64,000 bases of DNA from Bacteroidota bacterium (GTDB lineage Bacteria > Bacteroidota > Bacteroidia > Bacteroidales > VadinHA17). Under the pieces are notes generated by a model. That model was given only the letters and a program-made list of their open reading frames with translations. It had not been told where the DNA came from and searched no databases. The stretch spans positions 26,351 to 90,350 of the forward strand of contig JAKPOU010000020.1 in the NCBI GenBank assembly GCA_029547705.1, in the 5' to 3' direction. Made by a program: the position numbers and the translations under genes. Positions 36,184 through 46,382 of this stretch are shown here, piece by piece; position 1 is the first letter of the stretch; each line of letters starts with the position of its first letter.

Positions 36184-38661
36184 CTACTCCCTGAAAAAGA
36201 CTCTTTTTACCCGCGGTGGTATTGATGTAAGGATCTCATAGGGTATGGTCCCGCATTTCCCGGCCAGTTCGGCAATGCTGATACCCTGACCGAATATCTC
36301 GGCCTCATCCCCTTCTCCGGCGTCCACTCCGCTTATGTCGGCCATGCACATATCCATGCAAATATTGCCGATAATGGGAACCCTCCGGTTCTTTATGAAA
36401 AGTGAGCCATTCCCGTTTCCCAGCTTCCTGTTCAGTCCATCGGCATATCCCACGGGCAGTATGGCAATAACACGGTCACTGTCCGCAACAGCGGCACATC
36501 CGTAACCGACAGGTTCTCCTGCCGGAATTGTTTTCACCTGCGATATCCTGGTCATATACCTTCCTGCCGGTTTAAGATCAGGCTTGTCAGCATCTCCGGC
36601 ATTGAAATATCCGGTACCGTACAAGCCTATGCCGGGCCTGACCATTTCAAAATGGTATTCGGGGAAACGTATGATCGCGGATGAATTGCATATATGCCTG
36701 ATGAAGGAGTAGCCCGTTGCTTCCCTGAGCTTTTCAGCCACCTTTGTAAACAGTGCGGCCTGCCTGTGAGTGAAATGATCAAGGGCCGGATCCTCACTGG
36801 CTGCAAAATGGGAAAAAACAGATACGATTTTCATGCTTTCACTGCTTCTCACCAGGCTTGCCAGCCTGTCAGCATCACCGGGCATAAAACCAAGCCGGTG
36901 CATTCCCGTATCAATCTTGATATGCACGGGATAACCCACCAGTCCGTATTTCAAAGCTGTCTCCCTGAACCTTTCGAATGAGCGGAAACTGTATATCTCG
37001 GGTTCAAGGTCATACCTGATCATCAGTTCAAATGCCGAGGGGTCAGGATTCATTACCATCACAGGAAGAGTGATTCCTGCATTCCTCAGCTCGACGCCCT
37101 CATCTGCGTATGCAACGCCGAGATAGCCTACCCTGTGGTATTCCAGAAGGGCTGCCGTTTCCGCATGGCCCGAACCATAGGCAAAAGCCTTTACCATCGC
37201 CATAATGGCTGTCCCCGGTCTGATTCTCCTTCTGTATTCATTCAGGTTATGGGCAATGGCGTCAAGGTTTATCTCGAGCACTGTCTGATGTACCTGCTGT
37301 TCCAGAAGGGCAGCAATCTTTTCAAATTCAAATTTCCTCGCTCCCTTCAGTAGTATTGTCTCATCCCGGAAGGCCGAGGGAGTAAAGCGCTGTATAAACT
37401 CATCCGTTGAATAGTAAAACTCCGGATCACCGCCGAACAATGAACGGTTGGCGGAAAGTACAGGCCCGATCCCTATGAACCTGCCCGTTCCGTTCTGCCG
37501 TATCAGTCCGGAAACTTCGGAATACAATTCTTTTTCATCCCTTCCGCTCTGAACGAAATCGGAAAGTATGAGAGTCGTTTTCCTGTTGTTCTGCGCCCTG
37601 AGATAATCCAGAGCCATGCCAAGGGAACCCGGATCGGAATTGTAATAGTCTTCAATGAGCTGACAATTGTTTATCCCGGCTTTCAGTTCCATCCTCATTG
37701 CAACTGATACGAGCGAGGCCAGTCCCTGCCGTATAACTTCCGCGTCTGTCCCCAGGACAAGGCAGGCACAGGCTGCGGTGACGGCATTGTCAACAGATGC
37801 CCGGTCACTGAAGGGTATGGAAAAAAAGTGGTCCCTGCCCCGGTATCCCATCCGTATATGTGTCTGCCTGCCGTCTCCGGAAATTTTTTCAACCCTGATC
37901 GCTGCCTCATCACTGCTGACCGACCAGTCGGCAATCTGCTTCCCCGCATAAACTTCCCTGCCGCTTATCAGTTCATGGATAATCCGGTGATCCCTGCAGT
38001 AAATAAGAACTGATGTATCCCTGAAGAGTTCCAGTTTCTCCCGGGCCTTCTCCTCAAGGCTGCTGAAATTCTCACTGTGCGCGTCACCTATATTCGTTAT
38101 TATACCGATATCGGGATCTATGATATCCCTGAGCCTGCCCATCTCACCCGGTAATGAAATACCGGCTTCAAATATTCCGTACTGATACTTGTCTTCAAGC
38201 CTGAGAACGGAAAGAGGGACTCCTGTCTGGGAATTATAGCTCCGCGGACTTCTGACCACTGATGCAGTCATTCCGAGAATATCCGCCAGCCACTCCTTTA
38301 CAATGGTTTTTCCGGCACTGCCGGTCACGGCAATAACGGGCGGCCGGAATGACTTCCTGACATGGGCGGCAAGTTTTTGTAAAGCCGCAACGGAACCGGA
38401 TGTCTCTATGACAGCTGCTCCTTCAAATTTCTCCATGTCGCGGGGAAGCCGTTCAACAACAAAAACCCTTATCCCCCTGCTGTACAGACTTTCAATAAAA
38501 TCATGCCCGTCATGATTTTTACCCCTGATGGCAAAAAACAGCACTCCCTCACTGAACTTGAAATTACGGCTGTCAATAAGCACTTCTGTCACCGTCAGGT
38601 CCGGATCGCCGCTCAGCCTGCCGGAAATTATTTCAGCAATATCGGAAGAAGAGAATTTCAC
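36184..38661 (-). CDS. alr: Bifunctional MurF-like ligase / alanine racemase
   Basis: VTGSAGKTIVKE, SPRSYNSQ; MVKAFAYGSG PLP lysine, KIDTGMHRLG, VGYADG, ICMDM. Confidence 0.94.
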   Translation of the reverse strand: MKFSSSDIAEIISGRLSGDPDLTVTEVLIDSRNFKFSEGVLFFAIRGKNHDGHDFIESLYSRGIRVFVVERLPRDMEKFEGAAVIETSGSVAALQKLAAHVRKSFRPPVIAVTGSAGKTIVKEWLADILGMTASVVRSPRSYNSQTGVPLSVLRLEDKYQYGIFEAGISLPGEMGRLRDIIDPDIGIITNIGDAHSENFSSLEEKAREKLELFRDTSVLIYCRDHRIIHELISGREVYAGKQIADWSVSSDEAAIRVEKISGDGRQTHIRMGYRGRDHFFSIPFSDRASVDNAVTAACACLVLGTDAEVIRQGLASLVSVAMRMELKAGINNCQLIEDYYNSDPGSLGMALDYLRAQNNRKTTLILSDFVQSGRDEKELYSEVSGLIRQNGTGRFIGIGPVLSANRSLFGGDPEFYYSTDEFIQRFTPSAFRDETILLKGARKFEFEKIAALLEQQVHQTVLEINLDAIAHNLNEYRRRIRPGTAIMAMVKAFAYGSGHAETAALLEYHRVGYLGVAYADEGVELRNAGITLPVMVMNPDPSAFELMIRYDLEPEIYSFRSFERFRETALKYGLVGYPVHIKIDTGMHRLGFMPGDADRLASLVRSSESMKIVSVFSHFAASEDPALDHFTHRQAALFTKVAEKLREATGYSFIRHICNSSAIIRFPEYHFEMVRPGIGLYGTGYFNAGDADKPDLKPAGRYMTRISQVKTIPAGEPVGYGCAAVADSDRVIAILPVGYADGLNRKLGNGNGSLFIKNRRVPIIGNICMDMCMADISGVDAGEGDEAEIFGQGISIAELAGKCGTIPYEILTSIPPRVKRVFFRE

Positions 38662-38674
38662 ATTTATTGTTTGT

Positions 38675-39277
38675 TTAAATATGGTCTTTTAAGGCAGTGC
38701 TGCCTGCCGTCCTGTTGTAACAGGCCCTGCACAGCGGTTCATACTTTTCCTTTTCGCCAACTACCACTATCTGATCCTCTGAGGATTTCCTGTATGAATA
38801 ATTTGCCAGGCTGCCGCAGCGCATACATATGGCATGAACCTTGGTAATATACTCAGCCACGGCAAGAAGTGCAGGCATGGGGCCAAAGGGTTTGGCCATG
38901 AAATTCATATCCAGACCGGCCACGACAGTTCTTATGCCATTGTTTGCCAGCTGATTGCAGACATCAACAATGGAATCATCGAAAAACTGGGCCTCATCAA
39001 TTCCGACAACATCAACACCAGCGGCAAGAAGCAGTATACCATATGCATTGTCCACGGGAGTGGAGCTGATCCACCTGGAATCATGCGATACGATTTTTGT
39101 TTCAGAATAGCGCCTGTCCAGGGAAGGCTTGAAAATTTCAACTTTCAGCCCTGCCAGCTGGGCTCTCCGCAACCTGCGTATAAGTTCCTCCGTTTTCCCT
39201 GAAAACATGGAACCGGTTATCACCTCAATCGTTCCGCGCCTGTCACCCGGGCCCGCCGGATTTTCAAGGATATCCAT
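38675..39277 (-). CDS. tdk: Thymidine kinase
   Basis: [18 protein letters not shown], CxxC pairs (CMRC, CRAC). Confidence 0.97.
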   Translation of the reverse strand: MDILENPAGPGDRRGTIEVITGSMFSGKTEELIRRLRRAQLAGLKVEIFKPSLDRRYSETKIVSHDSRWISSTPVDNAYGILLLAAGVDVVGIDEAQFFDDSIVDVCNQLANNGIRTVVAGLDMNFMAKPFGPMPALLAVAEYITKVHAICMRCGSLANYSYRKSSEDQIVVVGEKEKYEPLCRACYNRTAGSTALKDHI

Positions 39278-39343
39278 AGGCTTAATATCTGTGCTTTTGT
39301 ACCAAAGTATGTATATAACCCGTTATGAAGGTGGAATTATAAT

Positions 39344-39351
39344 TACTTTTG
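39344..39351 (+). promoter_or_regulatory. -7 promoter box of the hypothetical-rsmI unit
   Basis: TACTTTTG. Confidence 0.55.
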
Positions 39352-39392
39352 CAAAGTAAGTTAATTGATTTGTTTTAATAACAATAAGAGTC

Positions 39393-40274
39393 ATGGATTT
39401 CAATGCAACAATCGATCTGATCATCAGGGAACTTGAAGAAGCTGCGAAAATCATTGAGGATGTGGAAAATTACCGGGAAGTACCCCTGCTGCATCTGGAA
39501 CTGGCCAGGGCAAAGTGCAGGAATGCCGCTGATGTGATCCGCATGCTCAAGGATATGCCTGAAAAGGTTTACCCGCGGAAGCAGGGCACGGCAGCAGGTG
39601 TTTTCCCCGAAAAACCGGAAGTCCCTGAACAGGCAGCCAGAGGCAGGACAGCAGGAGCAGACAGGAAAGATGAAACCGTAAAGCCGGAAGAAGAAAGGTA
39701 TGGCTTAATCCGGAAAACGGCAGAAGCAACGGGAAAAGACAGGTACGGAAAGCCGGAAAAACATGAAGAAACAGAAAGAGGAAGCCTGATCCGGAAGCCG
39801 GAAGAACATGAAGAAGACGAAGGAAAAGACCCGGCACGAAAAACGGCAGAAGAAATGGGAAAAGACAGGTACGGAAAGCCGGAAGAACCAGATATACAAA
39901 AACCCCGGACCGCGCCCGGAAAAAAACTGCCTGACAAAGTCACCATAGCTGATTCCTTCAGTCCCCGCGCTGACAGCGTTATTGAAAAGCTGGGAGTCCG
40001 GAAGGAAGAAGATGACATGAGAAGTATAATAAAATCCAAACCCATCCACAGCTTATCGGAGGCCATCGGAATAAATGATAAATTCCTTTTCGTCAGGGAA
40101 CTTTTCCAGGGGGATCCGGGGAAATACACCAGGGCGATTTCCGCTCTGGAAAACTCCTCGGGCTTTGAGGAAGCCAGGAAAATGATACTGAATTTTGCCG
40201 GAAATGATGAGGAGAACGAAGCTGCCAGACAACTTATCGACCTCGTAAAACGAAAATTCTCGGCTGATGAGTAA
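39393..40274 (+). CDS. Hypothetical protein with helical termini and a repetitive charged linker
   Basis: C-terminal LSEAIGINDKFLFVRELF domain; overlaps the rsmI start by 8 nt. Confidence 0.8.
   Translation: MDFNATIDLIIRELEEAAKIIEDVENYREVPLLHLELARAKCRNAADVIRMLKDMPEKVYPRKQGTAAGVFPEKPEVPEQAARGRTAGADRKDETVKPEEERYGLIRKTAEATGKDRYGKPEKHEETERGSLIRKPEEHEEDEGKDPARKTAEEMGKDRYGKPEEPDIQKPRTAPGKKLPDKVTIADSFSPRADSVIEKLGVRKEEDDMRSIIKSKPIHSLSEAIGINDKFLFVRELFQGDPGKYTRAISALENSSGFEEARKMILNFAGNDEENEAARQLIDLVKRKFSADE
39711..39884. repeat. 48-bp direct repeat (45/48 identical, offset 126 bp) encoding RKTAExxGKDRYGKPE
   Basis: 39711-39758 versus 39837-39884. Confidence 0.9.
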
Positions 40275-40941
40275 ATTATTCCTTGTACCGACACCTATCG
40301 GCAATCTGAAGGATATAACCTACAGGGCGGTTGAAATACTGGGAAGCGTCGACATAATACTTGCAGAAGACACAAGGCATGCCGTCAGGCTGCTGAAACA
40401 CTACAACATCAGCCGGAAACTGCTTTCACACCATAAGTTCAATGAACACCATTCAGCTGATCCTGTATGCGACCTGATCAGATCGGGGAAAACAGCTGCA
40501 CTGATATCAGATGCAGGCACGCCCGGCATCTCTGATCCCGGATTCCTCCTTGTAAGGAAATGCATTGAAAAAGGAATTCCGGTGGAAACACTCCCGGGTC
40601 CCTCTGCACTGATTCCCGCCCTGGTCAATTCGGGACTTCCGTCCGACCGGTTCTGCTTTGAGGGTTTTCTGCCCGTAAGGAAGGGAAGAAGGAAAAAACT
40701 GACTTCCCTTGAAACCGAGCCGAGAACAATGATTTTTTATGAATCTCCCTACCGGCTGCTGAAAACACTCGGGGAAATGGCAGAACATTTCGGTCCTGAG
40801 CGTCAGGCATCCGTATCCAGGGAACTGAGCAAGATTTTTGAGGAAACAATCAGGGGAACACTCGGATTTCTTGCAGACCATTTCAGAAACAATCCGCCAA
40901 AAGGCGAGATAGTTGTTGTAGTGTCAGGAAAAAAAAACTGA
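40267..40941 (+). CDS. rsmI: 16S rRNA C1402 2'-O-methyltransferase
   Basis: VPTPIGNLKDIT, AEDTR, SDAGTPGISDPG, FYESPYR. Confidence 0.97.
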   Translation: MSKLFLVPTPIGNLKDITYRAVEILGSVDIILAEDTRHAVRLLKHYNISRKLLSHHKFNEHHSADPVCDLIRSGKTAALISDAGTPGISDPGFLLVRKCIEKGIPVETLPGPSALIPALVNSGLPSDRFCFEGFLPVRKGRRKKLTSLETEPRTMIFYESPYRLLKTLGEMAEHFGPERQASVSRELSKIFEETIRGTLGFLADHFRNNPPKGEIVVVVSGKKN

Positions 40942-40947
40942 GTCCGG

Positions 40948-43695
40948 ATGAAGCGTGCCCTGATAATTTCCTTTTTCATATTCCTCCTTCCGCTGATCTC
41001 CCTTTCACAGATCCTGAAAGGCAGGATAACAAATGAAGCCGGTGATCCCGTCCCCTATTCCACCGTTTTTATAGTTGAGCTCAAACAGGGAACGACTGCC
41101 AATACCAAAGGCGAATATGAGCTGAAACTTCCTCCCGGCAAATACCTGGTTGCTTTTCAGAGTCTGGGGTATTCACCTGTTTTTCTGGATATTGCCATTA
41201 CCGGCGAAACCATTGTCAGGGATGTCACCCTGCCCTACCAGTTCTATGAAATACCGGAGGTCAGGATTTCCGCCTCCGGTGAGGATCCGGCATATGATAT
41301 CATGAGAAGGGCAATCGGAATGGCTCCCTATTACCTTAACCACATCAGTTCATGGAAGGCAGAAGTATATATCAGGGGAAACATAACATTCAGGAAAATT
41401 CCAAAACTGGCACGCCGCTCCGTGAGAATGGATTATGGCAGCAACACACATCCGGGAGGTGTTCCGGTAAAGGAAGGGGACGTTTACATGATGGAATCAT
41501 TTAATGAGGTGGAATTCACTGCACCCGACAATTACCTCCAGAAGGTCATCTCCGTGAACAGTACAATTCCCGCTCAGGATGACAACATAACTCCCATGGA
41601 TATCATAAAGGCCAGTTTCTATCAGCCTGTTATCGCGGATATGGCAATTTCTCCCCTGTCTCCCCGGGCTTTTTCCTATTACCGCTTCAGGTATCTGGGA
41701 ACTTCACTCCAGGGTGACCTCAGGGTGTTTAAGATACAGGTGATTCCGAGGATGAAGAGCCAGCAGCTGTTTGAAGGCAGCATCTACATACTGGACGACC
41801 TGTGGTGCCTGCACAGCCTTGAGCTCACAAATAACAACATTGCCGGAAAGATCAGCATCGAACAGCTTTATATACCGGTGGAGCCGGATATCTGGATGCC
41901 GGTAAGCCTGAAACTCGGAATGGAAATAAGCATTCTGGGATTCAGGGCAGATGCTGGATATGGCAGTTCAATGAAGTATTCCTCCGTGGAACTGAACAAG
42001 TCCATGAAAAAACCGGGAACAGGCAGTGACAGAACTGAATCACCGGCATCCGCGGCCAATGCCCCGAAGGACCGGGAAATCCAGGGACAGCAGGAAAGCC
42101 CGAGGCAGCGGGGAAGCCAGGGACAGCAGGAAAGCCCGGGGCAGCGGGAAAAAATTGAAAGAATCCTTGAAAAAGATGAGCTCTCCAGGCGCGACATGAT
42201 GGCACTGACCCGCCTGATGAACAGGGAAGCCCGCGGGAAAGGCTCTGACTCATCACGGAAAGATCTTGAAATAAGGGATAAGACAACACGTATAATCGAA
42301 AATGATGCCGGCAGGAAAGACAGTGCCTTCTGGGCTGAAATAAGACCTGTTCCCCTCTCTGATGCCGAGATGCGGAGTATAAGAATCCGTGACAGCGTGA
42401 AAAACAAAAGGCAGGAACCCCGGGAAATAACAGGGGATAGCATGGGCGGGAATCAGACGGGGAAAAAAGGCAGGTTTGCCACTGTGCTGAAAAGGACTGC
42501 ATCCGGACACACCTGGCCGGTTGCCGGGGGACCGGGATTCACTTTCGGCGGACTCGTCAGGCCGGACAATATAAGCTTCAATCCCGTTGACGGATTCACC
42601 TACGGTACCGGTTTCAGACTGTCAGGCAACTTCGGGAACAGCGGTCCTGCATATATCGCACCGGAAATGAGCTATGCCTTCAGCCGCAGAAAGCTGATGT
42701 GGAGAATGAATGGCGGATACAGCTTCAAGGGCTCATCAACAAAATCCCTGTATTTCAGGGCAGGGATCATCAGTACCGATATCTCATCCGGCGGAAGCAT
42801 CAACAGTTTCCTGAACACGATGACATCACTGCTGCTGAAGGAAAATCATCTCAGGCTCTATGAATCAGGATATATTCTTGCCGGATTCCGCGATGAGATA
42901 GCAAACGGACTGAAAATAGACCTGTCGGCAGAATATGACAACAGGAAAATTCTTGAGAACAGCAGTAACTTTTCCCTTTTCAGAAAGACAGAGGATTATG
43001 CACCCAACCTGCCTGAAAACCGCTTTCTGGATGCTGGTTCCGGCTCCCGGCACCGGCTTGACGATCAGATACACTACGGATTCACTGCCGGCATCAGCTG
43101 GCTGCCCCGGCAAAGATACCGGATGAATGAGGGTGTCAGAATCCCGGCAGGATCTTCCTGGCCTCTATTCGGTTTTCAGTGGAAACACGGGATATACAGG
43201 TATACTGAGCCTTCAGAGGGATACAGGCATTTTGACATGATCAGGTTTGAAGCATCAAAAACACATGAGCCGGGAGCATTCAGCGAATTCAGCTGGAGAA
43301 TAAGAACAGGCAGCTTCCTCAATAACTCACATATTCCCTTCTTTGATTTCTTTCATTTCAACAGCCAGTCATTTCCGCTATTGCTCAATGACTACCGGGA
43401 TGCTTTTTACCTTCCGCGGTATTATTCACTGAGCACACCGGAATTGTTCGGGGAACTGCACCTGAAATATACCAGTCCCTACCTGGCACTGAAATATCTT
43501 CCCGGATTCAGCCGGACACTTGTCAGGGAAAATATAATCCTTTCCTGGCTTGGCAGCCGGAATAATCCTCATTACAGTGAAATAGGATACAGTTTGTCGG
43601 AACTCTTTTTCCTGGGTGAAGCAGGGATCTTTGCAGGATTCGATAATCTCAGATTCAGAAATTTCGGGATCAGACTGATTCTGAAATTAAACTGA
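40948..43695 (+). CDS. DUF5686-type OM protein with N-terminal carboxypeptidase-regulatory-like domain
   Basis: LKGRIT...VPYSTV...GTTAN..GEY...LGY; ISPLS, FNPVDG, HFN motifs; beta-rich C-terminus. Confidence 0.75.
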   Translation: MKRALIISFFIFLLPLISLSQILKGRITNEAGDPVPYSTVFIVELKQGTTANTKGEYELKLPPGKYLVAFQSLGYSPVFLDIAITGETIVRDVTLPYQFYEIPEVRISASGEDPAYDIMRRAIGMAPYYLNHISSWKAEVYIRGNITFRKIPKLARRSVRMDYGSNTHPGGVPVKEGDVYMMESFNEVEFTAPDNYLQKVISVNSTIPAQDDNITPMDIIKASFYQPVIADMAISPLSPRAFSYYRFRYLGTSLQGDLRVFKIQVIPRMKSQQLFEGSIYILDDLWCLHSLELTNNNIAGKISIEQLYIPVEPDIWMPVSLKLGMEISILGFRADAGYGSSMKYSSVELNKSMKKPGTGSDRTESPASAANAPKDREIQGQQESPRQRGSQGQQESPGQREKIERILEKDELSRRDMMALTRLMNREARGKGSDSSRKDLEIRDKTTRIIENDAGRKDSAFWAEIRPVPLSDAEMRSIRIRDSVKNKRQEPREITGDSMGGNQTGKKGRFATVLKRTASGHTWPVAGGPGFTFGGLVRPDNISFNPVDGFTYGTGFRLSGNFGNSGPAYIAPEMSYAFSRRKLMWRMNGGYSFKGSSTKSLYFRAGIISTDISSGGSINSFLNTMTSLLLKENHLRLYESGYILAGFRDEIANGLKIDLSAEYDNRKILENSSNFSLFRKTEDYAPNLPENRFLDAGSGSRHRLDDQIHYGFTAGISWLPRQRYRMNEGVRIPAGSSWPLFGFQWKHGIYRYTEPSEGYRHFDMIRFEASKTHEPGAFSEFSWRIRTGSFLNNSHIPFFDFFHFNSQSFPLLLNDYRDAFYLPRYYSLSTPELFGELHLKYTSPYLALKYLPGFSRTLVRENIILSWLGSRNNPHYSEIGYSLSELFFLGEAGIFAGFDNLRFRNFGIRLILKLN
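42081..42148. repeat. 36-bp-period in-frame duplication (QGQQESP(R/G)QR x2)
   Basis: 42081-42112 versus 42117-42148, one mismatch. Confidence 0.9.
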
Positions 43696-43783
43696 AGTAT
43701 CAACCATACAGTCTTCTGCCGGAACATGCAAAAATGATCAGCAGTTCAGGATTTAACAGGAATCCGGAAGAACCATCATGAAT

Positions 43784-45307
43784 TCATGCAAACGGGGGTT
43801 CATCGCTGTAATCATATCCGTTGTCAAAATTATTGTCCGCATGTCCGCGGAAACGGTCATGATTCATTTTTGATCCCAGCGTTATGCTTTGCGTGCCATT
43901 CATTTCTCCCACCATGTCGAGGTCAAACTCCTCCAGATCAACAAACTGGGCTTTCTCCTCCCTGAACCTGAGCCTGACATCGTCCACGGGGCCGTTACGG
44001 TTCTTGGCAAGAATGATTTCAGCTATACCCTTTGTGGATGATCCGTCTTCAAATGTAACAAGGCCGAATTTCTCCTGCCGGTGAATGAATACCACCATAT
44101 CTGCATCCTGCTCAATTGCTCCCGATTCCCTCAGATCGGAAAGCAGGGGCCGCTTCGATCCCCCCCTCATCTCAACGGAACGGTTGAGCTGCGACAATGC
44201 AATCACCGGCACATTAAGCTCCTTGGCAATGCTTTTGAGCGAACGGGAGATATTGCTTACCTCCTGCTCACGGCTGCCTGCATTGTCCGGTCCCGACATA
44301 AGCTGAAGATAGTCGACTATAACAACATCCAGCTTGTGCTGGGCCATCAGCCGGCGGCACTTTGCCCTGAGCTCAAATATTGAGATTGCCGGAGTATCAT
44401 CAATATAGATGGGAGCCTGAATCAGTTTCTTAATCCTGCTGTCCAGCTGCTTCCATTCCTCCTCCGTTAGCCTTCCGTTTCTGATCTTGTCTCCCGGAAT
44501 ATCCGTCTCCGCTATAATAAGCCTGTTTACCAGTTGTATCGACGACATCTCGCAGCTGAAAACAGCAACCTTCTTACCGTGTTCAATAGCCATGTTTCTT
44601 GCCATGGAAAGGGCAAAAGCCGTTTTCCCCATTGAAGGCCTGGCTGCTATAATGATGAGTTCGGACTTCTGCCAGCCAGAAGTAAGCCTGTCGAGTTTTG
44701 AAAATCCGGAAGGAATGCCTACCAGGGCATCTTTTCTCTTTCCCGCTTCCTCAATCTCCCGTATCGCTTCCTTTATTACCATATTGATCGGGGAAACTTC
44801 ACGCTTTATGTTTCCCTCGGCAATCTGGAAAAGTTCATTTTCCGAATAATCAAGAAGCTCCGTTACATCCCAGGTGTCGTCAAATGCCCGGGTCTGTATT
44901 TCCGTGGATACCCTTATAAGCTCTCTCTGAATAAATTTCTGCGCCACTATCCGTGCATGGAAATCCACATTTGCCGCCGAAACAACCTTGGAGGTCAGCT
45001 GGGAAAGATATACCGGACCGCCTGCACTATCCAGTTCATTGTGAGCCCTGAGTTCCTCGGTCACAGTATAGAGATCAACCGGATATTCCCTGGCAGACAG
45101 ATCCGATATCGCCTTGAATATCTTCCGGTGGGCATCCTTGTAAAAACTTTCCGGTTTAAGAATGTCAAGTATTGCAATCACTGCTTCCTTTTCCAGCATT
45201 ATTGCGCCCAGAACAGCCTCTTCCATATCAATGGCCTGAGGCGGCACCTTCCCCAGATCCGGTAATGCCGTCACAGCCGGCCTACTGATCCTTGTCTGTT
45301 TTGCCAT
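43784..45307 (-). CDS. dnaB: Replicative DNA helicase
   Basis: PPQAIDMEEAVLG, AARPSMGKTAF, VDYLQLM, LSQLNR, DLRESGAIEQDAD; no intein. Confidence 0.98.
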   Translation of the reverse strand: MAKQTRISRPAVTALPDLGKVPPQAIDMEEAVLGAIMLEKEAVIAILDILKPESFYKDAHRKIFKAISDLSAREYPVDLYTVTEELRAHNELDSAGGPVYLSQLTSKVVSAANVDFHARIVAQKFIQRELIRVSTEIQTRAFDDTWDVTELLDYSENELFQIAEGNIKREVSPINMVIKEAIREIEEAGKRKDALVGIPSGFSKLDRLTSGWQKSELIIIAARPSMGKTAFALSMARNMAIEHGKKVAVFSCEMSSIQLVNRLIIAETDIPGDKIRNGRLTEEEWKQLDSRIKKLIQAPIYIDDTPAISIFELRAKCRRLMAQHKLDVVIVDYLQLMSGPDNAGSREQEVSNISRSLKSIAKELNVPVIALSQLNRSVEMRGGSKRPLLSDLRESGAIEQDADMVVFIHRQEKFGLVTFEDGSSTKGIAEIILAKNRNGPVDDVRLRFREEKAQFVDLEEFDLDMVGEMNGTQSITLGSKMNHDRFRGHADNNFDNGYDYSDEPPFA

Positions 45308-45367
45308 GCTTTAAACTGCTTATTATCAATTGATTTAAAAGAATTTGCAAAAAATTCCCCCAGGCTT

Positions 45368-45375
45368 CAAAGGTA
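45368..45375 (-). promoter_or_regulatory. -7 promoter box of dnaB
   Basis: TACCTTTG on minus strand. Confidence 0.6.
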
Positions 45376-45415
45376 AAAATTACAAGGTATTTCCCCCCTG
45401 AAAGAACAGATTTTA

Positions 45416-45449
45416 TTACAAACATCAGCTGTTAAAAACTTGTTGAAAA
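45416..45449. promoter_or_regulatory. Cluster of three DnaA-box-like 9-mers
   Basis: TTACAAACA (45416), TGTTAAAAA (45430), TGTTGAAAA (45441); 1-2 mismatches to TTWTNCACA. Confidence 0.45.
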
Positions 45450-45561
45450 AAGTATCCCGCATTTGCCGGCTACTTTTACGGCTATTAAATATCACGGCAG
45501 GGAGTCTGAAAAAGACTGAGTGAAAGATAAATTATTATAATTTTATAAAAAATAAGCTGAT

Positions 45562-46380
45562 ATGATTACTTTCCCGGCTGCCAAGATCAATATCGGATTA
45601 AGGGTTATCTCCAGGCGTCATGACGGTTTTCATGATATTGAGACGGTATTTTATCCCGTGGGCTTACGTGATGCCCTGGAATTTGTTGTACATACCTGCA
45701 GTACCGGGGAGGACGAAATGGTTGTCACCGGCCTCGGTACCGGGTCGGCACCAGGGGAAAACCTGGTTATCACGGCTCTGAAAAAGATGCGTGAGAGTTA
45801 CAATATCCCGGCCCTGAAAATACATCTTCACAAAAAAATACCCGCTGCTGCAGGCCTGGGCGGCGGATCATCAGATGCTGCCTTCTTCCTGAAAGCAGTC
45901 AATAAATGCTTCAGCCTGGGAATTGATAATGAAACCCTCAGAAGGACCGCACTTGAAATCGGAAGCGACTGTCCCTTCTTCGTTGATCCGGTCCCCTCTT
46001 ATGCAACGGGAAGGGGTGAAATACTAAGGCCTGCCGCATCCCTTCCGCCGGGATTCAGAATTATACTGGCATATCCGGGGATACGCATCTCCACAAGGGA
46101 TGCATACAATAACTGCATCCCGGCAAAACCCTCCATAAGTCTCGAAGAAATTGTAAAGCAGCATCCATCGCAATGGAAGAACCTGGTAATTAATGATTTT
46201 GAACAATATGTATTCAGGATTCATCCCGAAATCAGGGAACTGAAAGAAGCCTTTTACAGGGCAGGTGCGGTTTACAGCTCATTGTCAGGCAGCGGATCAG
46301 CGGTATATGCTATTTTCAGGGACAGCATTGAGATTCCCGGGCATATAAAACCCTGGATAATTTATGAGGGTGATCTCTGA
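45562..46380 (+). CDS. ispE: 4-diphosphocytidyl-2-C-methyl-D-erythritol kinase
   Basis: AKINIGL, KKIPAAAGLGGGSSDAA, GSDCPFF, SLSGSGS. Confidence 0.96.
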   Translation: MITFPAAKINIGLRVISRRHDGFHDIETVFYPVGLRDALEFVVHTCSTGEDEMVVTGLGTGSAPGENLVITALKKMRESYNIPALKIHLHKKIPAAAGLGGGSSDAAFFLKAVNKCFSLGIDNETLRRTALEIGSDCPFFVDPVPSYATGRGEILRPAASLPPGFRIILAYPGIRISTRDAYNNCIPAKPSISLEEIVKQHPSQWKNLVINDFEQYVFRIHPEIRELKEAFYRAGAVYSSLSGSGSAVYAIFRDSIEIPGHIKPWIIYEGDL

Positions 46381-46382
46381 GT

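Noticed and set aside
39343-39359. Inverted repeat TTACTTT-TGC-AAAGTAA between tdk and the hypothetical gene
   Set aside because: Explained by overlapping divergent -7-like boxes; no independent support for an operator.
40929-40937. A9 tract at the end of rsmI as a phase-variation site
   Set aside because: It lies in the last codons, so slippage would barely alter the protein.
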